From the IMG/VR virus record IMGVR_UViG_3300014202_000777, positions 1 to 36,874 of that record: DNA of 36,874 bases. One strand, written 5' to 3'. The translations under genes were made by a program, and so were the position numbers. Below are positions 16,355 through 25,091 of the stretch, piece by piece; within the stretch, counting starts at the first letter, position 1; every line of letters begins with the position of its first letter. The notes below the pieces were generated by a model. That model was not told the DNA's origin and did no database searches. It saw nothing but the letters and a program-made list of their open reading frames with translations. The stretch comes from a virus. Its lineage: Duplodnaviria; Caudoviricetes.

Positions 16355-16783
16355 TTAAATATGATGAGTGCGAGGCCCGCTACCGTTGCCGAATCGGAAC
16401 TTTGATTTATCGCTGGTGCCGTCCGCTTTTTTGCGGTGTGGCAAGTCGACGGGCTTCTTTCCGTCTTCTATATCGCGCAGCCACTTCATCACCTCGTCGT
16501 AGTTGTCTTTGATACGCTGAGGCATGACTGCTGCGGGCAGTCGCTCGTAGAGGTAATAGAGCGAAAGGCATACCACCCATCGGACTACCTGCGCCGGTCG
16601 GGCTGTACCCGTGGTGCTGAATATTTCGTCGACCAGGTACAACTGGAATAGCGCATCGCGGACGGTGGAGATGGCGGTGGTTTCCGCATTCTCCAGGGCG
16701 ACGGCTTCGCCATCGAGCAGTTGTGTCAGGTTGCGGTCTTTGATGTAGGCTTTGTAATCGTCAGCCGTGATAAATGTCGACAT
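16355..16783 (-). CDS. Head-tail connector (Mu gp36/DUF1320-like)
   Basis: FITADDY, SLYYLYER, NYDEVMKWLRDIEDGK motifs. Confidence 0.85.
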   Translation of the reverse strand: MSTFITADDYKAYIKDRNLTQLLDGEAVALENAETTAISTVRDALFQLYLVDEIFSTTGTARPAQVVRWVVCLSLYYLYERLPAAVMPQRIKDNYDEVMKWLRDIEDGKKPVDLPHRKKADGTSDKSKFRFGNGSGPRTHHI

Positions 16784-16931
16784 AAACTGTTTTAAAATTA
16801 TTCGATTTAAGACGATTTGTTTTTATTGTGCGCCCACTTACACGCGGGCGGCACTGATCGTTCTATTTAAAGGCGTTTAAAGGGGTCTACACAGATTGTG
16901 TTACCTTTCCTGAAACGTAAAACAATCTGTA

Positions 16932-18485
16932 TTACATCTTCCGGCCCCGGTTCTGTTTCATTTTTCCCATACGCGGCTGGAACTTGCTTTGTTTGTCCTG
17001 CCGGTTGAGGTACCATATTGCGCCCTCCATCGCGTCGGGGCCGTCGTCGTGTCCGGTCGGGAAAGCGAGCAGTTGATCCACGAGGGTTTGCATGTCCGGC
17101 GTCGAGCGTTCGTCCTGGTTGAATATGAGCAGGCCGCGCTCCATGAGCGGCGACATATTCTCTACCCTGGTCTCCTTGTTCGGCTTGTCGCGTTTGTCGG
17201 CCCGCAGCGGAAGGTGGAAACCTGCCGTTGCGGCTTCGTCGTCGAAGTCCTTCATCAGTAAGTCCTGTATGAAGTTGGCCTCCATGCGGTAGCGGGCAAA
17301 TGAGTTGTATTCCTCAAAGAACTCGTAGTTCTTTTTCACCATTGCGTTGATGCTGGCCTGGCGTACCCATGCCCTGAGCACATAGTATTTGCCGCGCAAC
17401 TTCCCGACCGCCACAACGGCTTTGTAGTCGTTGTCTTTGGTATCCTTAAACGATGGGTCGGTATAGACTTCGATGGCTTCCAGGTCGCGCACTTTTGGGC
17501 ACTTGCCCCAATGCACCCATTCATGTTTGAATATATTACCCTCCTCGATGTGCTCATGGAAATATTCGCGGAGCGCTGAGCGGGTGCCCATGATCTCCAT
17601 ACGCCCGGTGATGTGCAGGCGGGTGTAGCGCTCTTTCCAGGCCGGTTCGCCGTTCATGGCTTTTTGGTGGCGCTTGTCTTCCAGGGCGTACACCTTTATA
17701 TGTGTGATGCCCTTGCGCTTTGGCTGCTCCGGGTCGGTGTCGCCAACTATATGCGCCAGGATACCCTGTTTGTGGATTCGGTTACCGGCCACGATGAGGC
17801 GGGAACCCTGAATGGCGCAGGCACCGTACAGGTCTTCAATGATCCAGTCGACGGCTTCTTTCACACGCTGGATGTTTTTCACGATCACCTTGTCGTCTAT
17901 GTCATCCACCACAGCGTAGTTGGGGCGCTTGGCGGCTTTGCGTACGCCGCGCGGACTCTGGCCGCGACCAAAAGCCCAGAACCCACAGCCATCGGTTGTG
18001 GCAAAGTGGGCGTCGCGCCAGTCGCCGAATGCCGCGCGATGGCCATAGTCATGGATAAAACGTTCGTTGGCTACAAACTGGGCCTGCAAGTCGGAAAGCA
18101 GCCCGGAGGCTTTTTGTTCGTTTGCGCTGGCTATGATGACGCCGGTCAGTTCGCCACGAGCATAGAGGTAGAGCGGCATGAACACGTCGGCGAATACGGA
18201 CTTGGCATGTTCGCGGGGCCATTCGAGCACACACCTTATATTATTATCGGCGGTGATGTCCCTGGCGGCTTTCTTGTGGAACCAGGCGAAGTCCGCATCC
18301 ATGTAATCCGGGAAATAGTATTTGCAGAAAGCCGGGAAGTCGCTGCGCAGTTTGGTCACCCGGTCGCGCTTCTGTTGTTCGGACTCGTTGTTGGGGATCG
18401 GGGTGGCTGCCTTGATCCGGTCGCACAGTTGCAGGTATTCCTGGTATTCCCGCTTTTCGGATGCAGATAGTGCTGATGGCCTCAT
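16932..18485 (-). CDS. Terminase large subunit
   Basis: WPREHAKS Walker A variant, VVDDID Walker B, YTDPS nuclease Asp, HDDGPDA. Confidence 0.93.
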   Translation of the reverse strand: MRPSALSASEKREYQEYLQLCDRIKAATPIPNNESEQQKRDRVTKLRSDFPAFCKYYFPDYMDADFAWFHKKAARDITADNNIRCVLEWPREHAKSVFADVFMPLYLYARGELTGVIIASANEQKASGLLSDLQAQFVANERFIHDYGHRAAFGDWRDAHFATTDGCGFWAFGRGQSPRGVRKAAKRPNYAVVDDIDDKVIVKNIQRVKEAVDWIIEDLYGACAIQGSRLIVAGNRIHKQGILAHIVGDTDPEQPKRKGITHIKVYALEDKRHQKAMNGEPAWKERYTRLHITGRMEIMGTRSALREYFHEHIEEGNIFKHEWVHWGKCPKVRDLEAIEVYTDPSFKDTKDNDYKAVVAVGKLRGKYYVLRAWVRQASINAMVKKNYEFFEEYNSFARYRMEANFIQDLLMKDFDDEAATAGFHLPLRADKRDKPNKETRVENMSPLMERGLLIFNQDERSTPDMQTLVDQLLAFPTGHDDGPDAMEGAIWYLNRQDKQSKFQPRMGKMKQNRGRKM

Positions 18486-18931
18486 TGGTTCATGTGTTTG
18501 CGTAAATCATTGAGGTAGATGTCGGTATGTTCCTGGATGCGTTGTGCCAGGTCGATGTCGCTATCCTGCATGTATTCCATGAACCGGCGCATGATGCGCA
18601 CCGCGTGTTCCCATTTCAGTTCCGGGCCTTTTACGTTGCTGAAGGCTTTGCTCAGGGCGTCAAAGTGGCCTTTGTCAATGAGTTCCCACTCACCGTTCTC
18701 CACCAGTTTGTTTTTCATGTGGATGAGGGCCTTCAACTGGTAGTCTGCCAGTTCCTTGAGCGCTTCTACGCTGGTTTGTTCAAACAGGCCCTTCATGGTG
18801 CGTTTGCTTTTCCAGTCGCCATCCTTTTGCCATTTGGTGAGGGTTGTATCTGACACGTTGAGCAACTTGCCGATACTTGCCAGGCTGTCGCCTTCCATGA
18901 ACAATAGCCGCGCCGCTTCCTTTTTTTCCAT
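18482..18931 (-). CDS. Terminase small subunit (HTH, DUF1804-like)
   Basis: MEKKEAARLLFMEG..IGKLLNVSDTTLTKWQKDGDW; directly upstream of terL; ATG 18931 preferred. Confidence 0.8.
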   Translation of the reverse strand: MEKKEAARLLFMEGDSLASIGKLLNVSDTTLTKWQKDGDWKSKRTMKGLFEQTSVEALKELADYQLKALIHMKNKLVENGEWELIDKGHFDALSKAFSNVKGPELKWEHAVRIMRRFMEYMQDSDIDLAQRIQEHTDIYLNDLRKHMNQ

Positions 18932-19089
18932 ATAATTATGAATTGTGTAGCAAAAGTCATCCTTTTTTGCAAGTGCGGAAAAATGTTGTTTCAAAAAGTG
19001 CGGCCTGTATGTCATTAAGTGTGAATCGGTTATCATTTTGAAAATTGCCACTTGTACAGGCGCTGCCGGGCGCTGACTTTTGCATCGAC

Positions 19090-20043
19090 ATGAAAGAAAA
19101 GCGTCTCATATTCAGTACAAACGGCCTCAACAGGTATAAGACCCGTTTACTGTCGTCCGGCGCAAAACTGGAGCATTATCTTAAAAACCCGGTTTTGCTT
19201 TTCGGCCACCAGTCATACGGCCTGCCCATCGGCAGGGTAGAGGATATTCGTATTGAAGAAAACGGAGACATGACTGCGCTGCCGGTTTTTGATGAGAATG
19301 ATCAGATGGCCCTGGCGGTGAAGGACAAGTGGGAGAACAACTTCCTGTTTGCGGCCTCCATCCACTATGCGCCACTTTCCACATCGAGCGACCCTGCATT
19401 CCTCCTTCCTGGACAGGAAAAGGAAACGGTCACTGAGTGGGACTTGATGGAGATTTCCATCGTCACTGTTCCCGGTAACGGCGGCTCCGCAACCGGTTAT
19501 CAATTAGATGCTTTCGGCACTTCGGATATTCCACACATCACAACAATTCAACCCGATATGGATTTGAAAAAAATCGCTCTGTCGCTCGGCTTGCCCGAAA
19601 GCGCGGATGAGGCCACTGTGTTGGCCGCTATTAAAAAACTGAATTCCGACAACAGCAATCTTTTGTCTGCGAAAGTGGATAACGTGCTGGCCATTGGTCG
19701 CCAAAAAGGAATTGTTACTCCGGAAAACGAGGCCGACTTTCAAAAACTGGCTGCCAGTGATCTTCCGACCCTGGAAAAAATATTTGGCGGCGCTCCTGAT
19801 CTTATCGCGGAAGACGTGGTAACGAAAAAGGACGAAAAGCCGGAAGCGCCCAAAGGCACATTGTTGACTGGTATGCTGAACGCCGGTGGCGTGAAGTCTG
19901 CCAAAACTGTTTCTGACGGACGCGAAGACTGGTCATTCGATGACTGGGGCAAAAAAGATCAGAAGGGCCTGCTGGCCATGAAGCAAAAAGACCCTGAGCG
20001 CTACCAGGAATTGGCAGCGGCCAAACTGGCGGCTACCGTCTGA
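19090..20043 (+). CDS. Prohead protease with C-terminal scaffold (Mu I/Z-like)
   Basis: NPVLLFGH, AASI, LMEISIVTVPGN protease motifs; scaffold-like LGLPESADEATVLAAI; ATG 19090. Confidence 0.88.
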   Translation: MKEKRLIFSTNGLNRYKTRLLSSGAKLEHYLKNPVLLFGHQSYGLPIGRVEDIRIEENGDMTALPVFDENDQMALAVKDKWENNFLFAASIHYAPLSTSSDPAFLLPGQEKETVTEWDLMEISIVTVPGNGGSATGYQLDAFGTSDIPHITTIQPDMDLKKIALSLGLPESADEATVLAAIKKLNSDNSNLLSAKVDNVLAIGRQKGIVTPENEADFQKLAASDLPTLEKIFGGAPDLIAEDVVTKKDEKPEAPKGTLLTGMLNAGGVKSAKTVSDGREDWSFDDWGKKDQKGLLAMKQKDPERYQELAAAKLAATV

Positions 20044-20106
20044 CAATACCCGACACGAAGCCAAGCAATCAACTATCCAATAACGACAAAAATTTTCTCT
20101 TAAAAT

Positions 20107-21030
20107 ATGGCACTTCAAACCGAAGTATGGGCGTCCGACATTCTCGGCAAGTTATTTCCCGATGATTCTTTCGTGACTCAGTCCGTCGATGACACTGCCT
20201 GGGTCAACAACAAAAAGGTGCACTCGCCCGAGGAAGGCGACGAGCCTGAGGTGGAGATCGACGGCGTGACGGTACCCATGACTATGGGCACCCGGACGGA
20301 CATCGACAACGAATGGACGATGCGCACTTACCGCACCAAGCCGATCCTTATCGAGGACACGGACGCCATCGAGGTCAGTTACGACAAACGCTCCAGTGTG
20401 CTGCGCCAGCATGTGAATGTTCTGAATAAGAACATCTCCAACATGATGGCCTACGACTGGGCTCCCTCGAATGGCTCCAACATCATCCGCACCACAGGCG
20501 CTTCCCGCGCTGCCATTGCCACCAATTTTGGTGCGACCGGCAACCGGAAAAAACTCCTGGTGGACCAGTTCCTGACCCTGCAATCCCTGTTCAACGACAT
20601 GGACGTACCGCAGGAAGGCCGCAACGTGCTGCTGCCATCGGCCATGTACGACGACCTGATCGCTGCCAACTGGACTACGCTTACCAACCTGCAATCGACC
20701 GGCGAGTCCGTGATTCAGAATGGCATGCTGATGCGCCTGTTCAGTTTCAAAATCTGGATTCGCGGCGGCAAAAACATCCTGACTTACACCAATGCCGGTA
20801 CCCCGGTGAAACGCCTTCCGAAGGCTACTGCCCTGACGACAGCCAACGCGGCTGCCCTGGCTTGGCATAAAGACTGGGTGAAACGCGCCAAAGGTGGTGT
20901 GACGGTGTACGCCAATGAGCAGGACGCTCTGGCCCAGGGCGACATCTTTAGCGCCCGCGTTCGCGCTGGTGGCCGGATCGCCAGCAATGACCAAACCGGC
21001 GTAATCGCCATCGTGGAAGACGCTGCCTAA
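20107..21030 (+). CDS. Major capsid protein
   Basis: 307 aa after the protease; MALQTEVWASDI, SYDKRSSV, DVPQEGR motifs. Confidence 0.85.
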   Translation: MALQTEVWASDILGKLFPDDSFVTQSVDDTAWVNNKKVHSPEEGDEPEVEIDGVTVPMTMGTRTDIDNEWTMRTYRTKPILIEDTDAIEVSYDKRSSVLRQHVNVLNKNISNMMAYDWAPSNGSNIIRTTGASRAAIATNFGATGNRKKLLVDQFLTLQSLFNDMDVPQEGRNVLLPSAMYDDLIAANWTTLTNLQSTGESVIQNGMLMRLFSFKIWIRGGKNILTYTNAGTPVKRLPKATALTTANAAALAWHKDWVKRAKGGVTVYANEQDALAQGDIFSARVRAGGRIASNDQTGVIAIVEDAA

Positions 21031-21099
21031 TCGGCGTCCTCCACGAAACCCCAATAACCACCATTCACCATAACTGTAGTAACCTTAAATCATACTGAG

Positions 21100-21441
21100 G
21101 TGAGTAAAAATATTCGATTCCCATTCGGCGAGGCCGATTTTCAAACGGCTACTGCCGCCGCAACGGTTGCCATCACGGTAACGAATGCCGGGCTTACTTA
21201 TGTGACGCTCAGCACGATGGCCGCCGCCGCTACTATCAACGTGACTGCCAACGCAGCCGATATGATAGACGGCGCTCTGCTTTACCTGGAACTGCCCAGC
21301 GACGGCACTGCCCGCGATGTAACCGGAGGCACTTTGTTGCAGACACCTGTCATTGCAGGCGTCATCAGCAAAACCAAGGTGGCAGGCTTCATCTGGAAGA
21401 CTGACAAGTTCATCAAAATCAGTGAGGCGCTGATCAACTAA
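21100..21441 (+). CDS. Putative head decoration/cement protein
   Basis: Small Ala/Thr-rich beta protein right after the capsid gene. Confidence 0.5.
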   Translation: MSKNIRFPFGEADFQTATAAATVAITVTNAGLTYVTLSTMAAAATINVTANAADMIDGALLYLELPSDGTARDVTGGTLLQTPVIAGVISKTKVAGFIWKTDKFIKISEALIN

Positions 21442-21446
21442 AGCCG

Positions 21447-21632
21447 ATGACACCGAAACAATTTTTCAAACTCTATCCCGGTGCGCAAGCCGTTTGGCAG
21501 GTTGGCAACAAACTGTACTTCGAGGCGTACGAAAATAGCGCCCGCGAACAAGCGCTGCTCACCGGGCTGGAATGTAAACGAATCACCCGGTCGGAAATGG
21601 AGGAATCCAAACCTGACGGGAAAAAAGGCTAA
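21447..21632 (+). CDS. Small hypothetical virion-associated protein
   Basis: Operon packing between head and sheath genes. Confidence 0.55.
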   Translation: MTPKQFFKLYPGAQAVWQVGNKLYFEAYENSAREQALLTGLECKRITRSEMEESKPDGKKG

Positions 21633-21637
21633 ATAAC

Positions 21638-22771
21638 ATGCCACTGAACGACGTATCATTCCAAGTACTCCAGGGCGGACTTGGCCGCCAGGCTGAAGGC
21701 GAAGATCATATCAGTGCGCTGATGTTCAGCGCCGTAGCCCCGGATGAATATGACGGTGCGAAGTGTCTGTCATTCAATGACATCGAGCAGGTGAAAACCG
21801 CTGGTATCACGGAAGGAGACGCTACCTACGGCGAAGCCTTTTATCATGCCGAGGAGTTTTATCGCAACCATCCGGGCGCTACCCTGTGGCTTTGTTTCGC
21901 TGCGACATACGCTGAAATGAGCCAGGCCGCTGCCGGTAAAATCCGGCAGGTTGGTGTATTCTTTTCCACGTTCTCCGATCTGACTTCGGTGCACCAGGCG
22001 GGCGCGACTGCGCTGGCTGCCGAGCATGCGCCCATTCAGGTGCTGGCGGGCTACAACGGTGTAGCGCTGACGCTTTCGAGTGCAGCGGATCAGGGCATCA
22101 ATACGGCTCCGAATGTATCCGTACTGCTGGCCGGTGACGGCGGCGCAAAGGGGGCAGCGCTGGCAACGGTGCTGACTAAACCTTATGTGCCTGCTGTGGG
22201 TGCTGTGCTGGGCGCAATGTCGAAAGCCAAGGTGCATGAAAGTGCCGCCTGGGTGGAACGCTTCAACCTGAGCGACGGCCTGGAACTGGAAACCATACGC
22301 CTGGCGGATGGCAACGATAATCCCTCGACGGCTACGCTGAGCGCACTGAACACCAAGCGCTACCTGGTATTCCGCAAACATGTAGGAATCAGCGGCACAT
22401 ACCTGAACGACAGCCATACTTCCGTGACGGCTACCAGCGACTTCGGAACCATTGAACTGAACCGGACGATACAGAAGGCCCGGCGCGAAATCCGAAAGGT
22501 GCTCCTGCCCGACCTGAACAGCCCGCTTACGGTAGATGGCGCCACCGGCAAACTGGCTCCTGGTACTGTGAAGTACTTTGAAAATAAGACTTCCCGCCCG
22601 ATGGACGTGATGCAAGCGGCTGGCGAAGTGAGCGCATACGGTGTGTACGTGAATCCTAACCAGGACGTGCTGGCTACCAGTATCCTCCAGGTGCAGGTGA
22701 AGATCGTGCCTCGCGGGGTGGCCCGCAATATCGTGGTGAACATTGGATTCAGCGTAACAACTGAATTCTAA
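21638..22771 (+). CDS. Tail sheath protein (DUF2586-like)
   Basis: GGLGR, HESAAWVERFN, GTYLNDSHT, IELNRTIQKARR, NPNQDVLATS, IVPRGVAR sheath motifs. Confidence 0.88.
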   Translation: MPLNDVSFQVLQGGLGRQAEGEDHISALMFSAVAPDEYDGAKCLSFNDIEQVKTAGITEGDATYGEAFYHAEEFYRNHPGATLWLCFAATYAEMSQAAAGKIRQVGVFFSTFSDLTSVHQAGATALAAEHAPIQVLAGYNGVALTLSSAADQGINTAPNVSVLLAGDGGAKGAALATVLTKPYVPAVGAVLGAMSKAKVHESAAWVERFNLSDGLELETIRLADGNDNPSTATLSALNTKRYLVFRKHVGISGTYLNDSHTSVTATSDFGTIELNRTIQKARREIRKVLLPDLNSPLTVDGATGKLAPGTVKYFENKTSRPMDVMQAAGEVSAYGVYVNPNQDVLATSILQVQVKIVPRGVARNIVVNIGFSVTTEF

Positions 22772-23064
22772 TGCCCGTCAGGACTGACATACTGATGCGT
22801 GACGATGACTTGAACATCGTCGGAGGTGACTTCGAGATGGGTATATCCGACCCGCAGCATGTGTATCATATCCTGTTGAACGCTAAAGGGAGTTACAAAC
22901 AATTCCCGCTGACGGGCATAGGCAAAGCGAAGTATATCAATGCTCCGCTGGGCGCTGAACTGAGACGCGAAATACAGTTGCAGTTGCAGGCTGACGGGTA
23001 CCGGGTGACATCGTTGACGGTATCGGAAACTGCGGGAATACAATTGAAATTTGACCCGGTATGA
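22771..23064 (+). CDS. Baseplate wedge / sheath-initiator protein (gp25-like)
   Basis: DDLNIVGGDF..SDPQH..KGSYKQFPLTGIG pattern. Confidence 0.7.
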   Translation: MPVRTDILMRDDDLNIVGGDFEMGISDPQHVYHILLNAKGSYKQFPLTGIGKAKYINAPLGAELRREIQLQLQADGYRVTSLTVSETAGIQLKFDPV

Positions 23065-23600
23065 AGGCTTTTAAAAGCGACACGAGTCAGACCATTTTTG
23101 ATGTTGCCCTGGCTCAATATGGCGGTCTTCAGGGGTTGGCGATTTTACTGGGTGATAATCCTGGTTTAGTCCTGGAAGACGGCACCATCAATCAGTTTGG
23201 GGTGACTCACCTGGTAAGTGGCGTACAGGTTGCGGCTGACGAACTGGAGCGATCCGGCGCACAAAAAGCGGTGCCTGAGGTGATTGAACAGGAGCAAGTG
23301 TACTACTCGAACGGCCAGCAAACAGTATTTGATGTCGCTTTGATGCAGTATGGAAGCGTAGGCGGATTGATGCAACTGCTGACTGATAATCCCGGACTGA
23401 TTCAGACGAACGGCGTGGTGACACAATTTCGGATCAGCCACCGCATCACAAGATCGGTCGCTACGGACATAAGGTTAAAACCCAAAATGCTGGCGCTGGT
23501 ACCGTCTACTGAAGGCGGCGCAAAAGGCCAGCAACCCTGGATAACTATAAACGGAAACTCCTGGATAACGGAAGACGATAAAGCCTGGATGACTAAATAG
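23061..23600 (+). CDS. Tandem LysM-like (gpX-type) baseplate protein with C-terminal WITED peptide
   Basis: Two repeats QTIFDVALAQYG..DNPGL and QTVFDVALMQYG..DNPGL. Confidence 0.7.
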   Translation: MKAFKSDTSQTIFDVALAQYGGLQGLAILLGDNPGLVLEDGTINQFGVTHLVSGVQVAADELERSGAQKAVPEVIEQEQVYYSNGQQTVFDVALMQYGSVGGLMQLLTDNPGLIQTNGVVTQFRISHRITRSVATDIRLKPKMLALVPSTEGGAKGQQPWITINGNSWITEDDKAWMTK

Positions 23601-23606
23601 ACACTC

Positions 23607-24092
23607 ATGGAAGAAGGAGTAAAACCACACGAGTTTGAAGAGGAACTCATTCCCACTGATAGCAACTTCGAGGTTTATTCCCAAAAGGGTGGAATTAATC
23701 TGAGGGCGCGTCTGCTGAACCTGAAAAAGTATTTCAGTGCGATTGTAGGCGGATTGGTGGCATACATACCGACGCCAAGCGGCAACGCAAGCAACCGGAT
23801 GGAGTTCATTACTGATCCGGACGGCCAGGTATGGTACATAGATGCTACGGGTGCGGCGGTAAAGTTGGGTGGCGGATCGGGGATGCAGGAATATGAAGAC
23901 CTGGGCCTGATAACCGGCACTACGATAAACCCTGCGATCACCTTGCCCACAGATCATAAGGAGTGGCGGATCAATTTATACAGGTCGGGAGTACGGATGA
24001 CTTATGGTAAAGATTTTTCGAGCATGACAGATATTGAACTGGTCGTGGAAGCGGACAATGAACCTTTTACACTTATTGTAATACCATCATGA
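23607..24092 (+). CDS. Fibre-associated adaptor-like protein (no signal peptide)
   Basis: GGGSG linker; C-terminal LYRSGVRMTYGKDF beta domain resembling the C-terminus of 24089. Confidence 0.55.
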   Translation: MEEGVKPHEFEEELIPTDSNFEVYSQKGGINLRARLLNLKKYFSAIVGGLVAYIPTPSGNASNRMEFITDPDGQVWYIDATGAAVKLGGGSGMQEYEDLGLITGTTINPAITLPTDHKEWRINLYRSGVRMTYGKDFSSMTDIELVVEADNEPFTLIVIPS

Positions 24093-24781
24093 AAAAAGTA
24101 TTTTTTGCACTTCTTTTGGCCGCTATCAGTGTGGCCAACGCTATGGCCCAGGCCACTAAAATTGATGCAACAAAACTGCTGAAGCCTGGCGGCAACAGTA
24201 CTTTTCTGCTTACCAACGGCTCCGGAGCCGTCGTATGGGGCAACGCGGCAACACTGCTCACGGCAGGTACAGGCATCAGTATTTCCGGCAACACAGTCAC
24301 CAACAGTGCGCCTGACCAGACGGTGGTGCTTACTGCCGGTTCCGGTATTGGCGTATCTGGCACTTATCCGAGTTTTACGCTTACGGCTACAGATGCCAGC
24401 ACAACTAATGAGATTCAAACCTTATCGGCTGGCGATGGCTCCGGGAGCGATAAAACCCTGTTACTGTCTTTGAGCGGCGGCACGGTAACACTGAAACCGG
24501 GGACTGGTATTACGCTTTCTCGCAGCGGTAATGATATTACAATTGCGGCAACTACGCCAACCGTTACCATTAGTCGATACGAAGAGATCACCAGTACAGC
24601 CGCTACGACCATAACTGTGACCGGATTTACGCCGGGTGCAAACGACACGTTCCTTTTTGTGGATGGCGTGTACATGGATGTGGGTACCGGCGAAGATGCT
24701 ACCCTTTCGGGTTCGACTTACACATTCACAAATGCACTGGCCATCGGACAAAAAGTGGTGGTGCGGAAAATCACTCTGTAA
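24089..24781 (+). CDS. Fibre-like protein 1 with signal peptide
   Basis: MKKVFFALLLAAISVANAMA-Q; AGTGISISGN repeats; DASTTNEIQTLS motif; C-terminal LFVDGVY beta domain. Confidence 0.75.
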   Translation: MKKVFFALLLAAISVANAMAQATKIDATKLLKPGGNSTFLLTNGSGAVVWGNAATLLTAGTGISISGNTVTNSAPDQTVVLTAGSGIGVSGTYPSFTLTATDASTTNEIQTLSAGDGSGSDKTLLLSLSGGTVTLKPGTGITLSRSGNDITIAATTPTVTISRYEEITSTAATTITVTGFTPGANDTFLFVDGVYMDVGTGEDATLSGSTYTFTNALAIGQKVVVRKITL

Positions 24782-24782
24782 A

Positions 24783-25091
24783 ATGAAACAGCCCGTTATC
24801 ATTTTGCTGCTTATGCTGCTTTTGAGTAGCATGGCCAGCACTCAAAACTACACTGTCAAGCATGACAGCACCGGATTCAAACTGATCCAGGACGGCCAGG
24901 CCGTACCATTTGACACGGCATTTGTTGCCACATCGCTGAAAATAAAAACCGAGGAAGAAACCGCGCTGCAAACTGAAATATTGCTCTTGGAGCAACTACT
25001 GCAGCGGCGACGCCAGTTGGCTGCGGTACTGGAAGAAAAGAAAACTTTGGCAGACATCCTTAACCAGGCTCGAAAATGCGTAACACACTGA
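24783..25091 (+). CDS. Small coiled-coil protein with signal peptide (partner 1)
   Basis: ATG 24783: MKQPVIILLLMLLLSSMASTQ; C-terminal heptad pattern. Confidence 0.7.
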   Translation: MKQPVIILLLMLLLSSMASTQNYTVKHDSTGFKLIQDGQAVPFDTAFVATSLKIKTEEETALQTEILLLEQLLQRRRQLAAVLEEKKTLADILNQARKCVTH

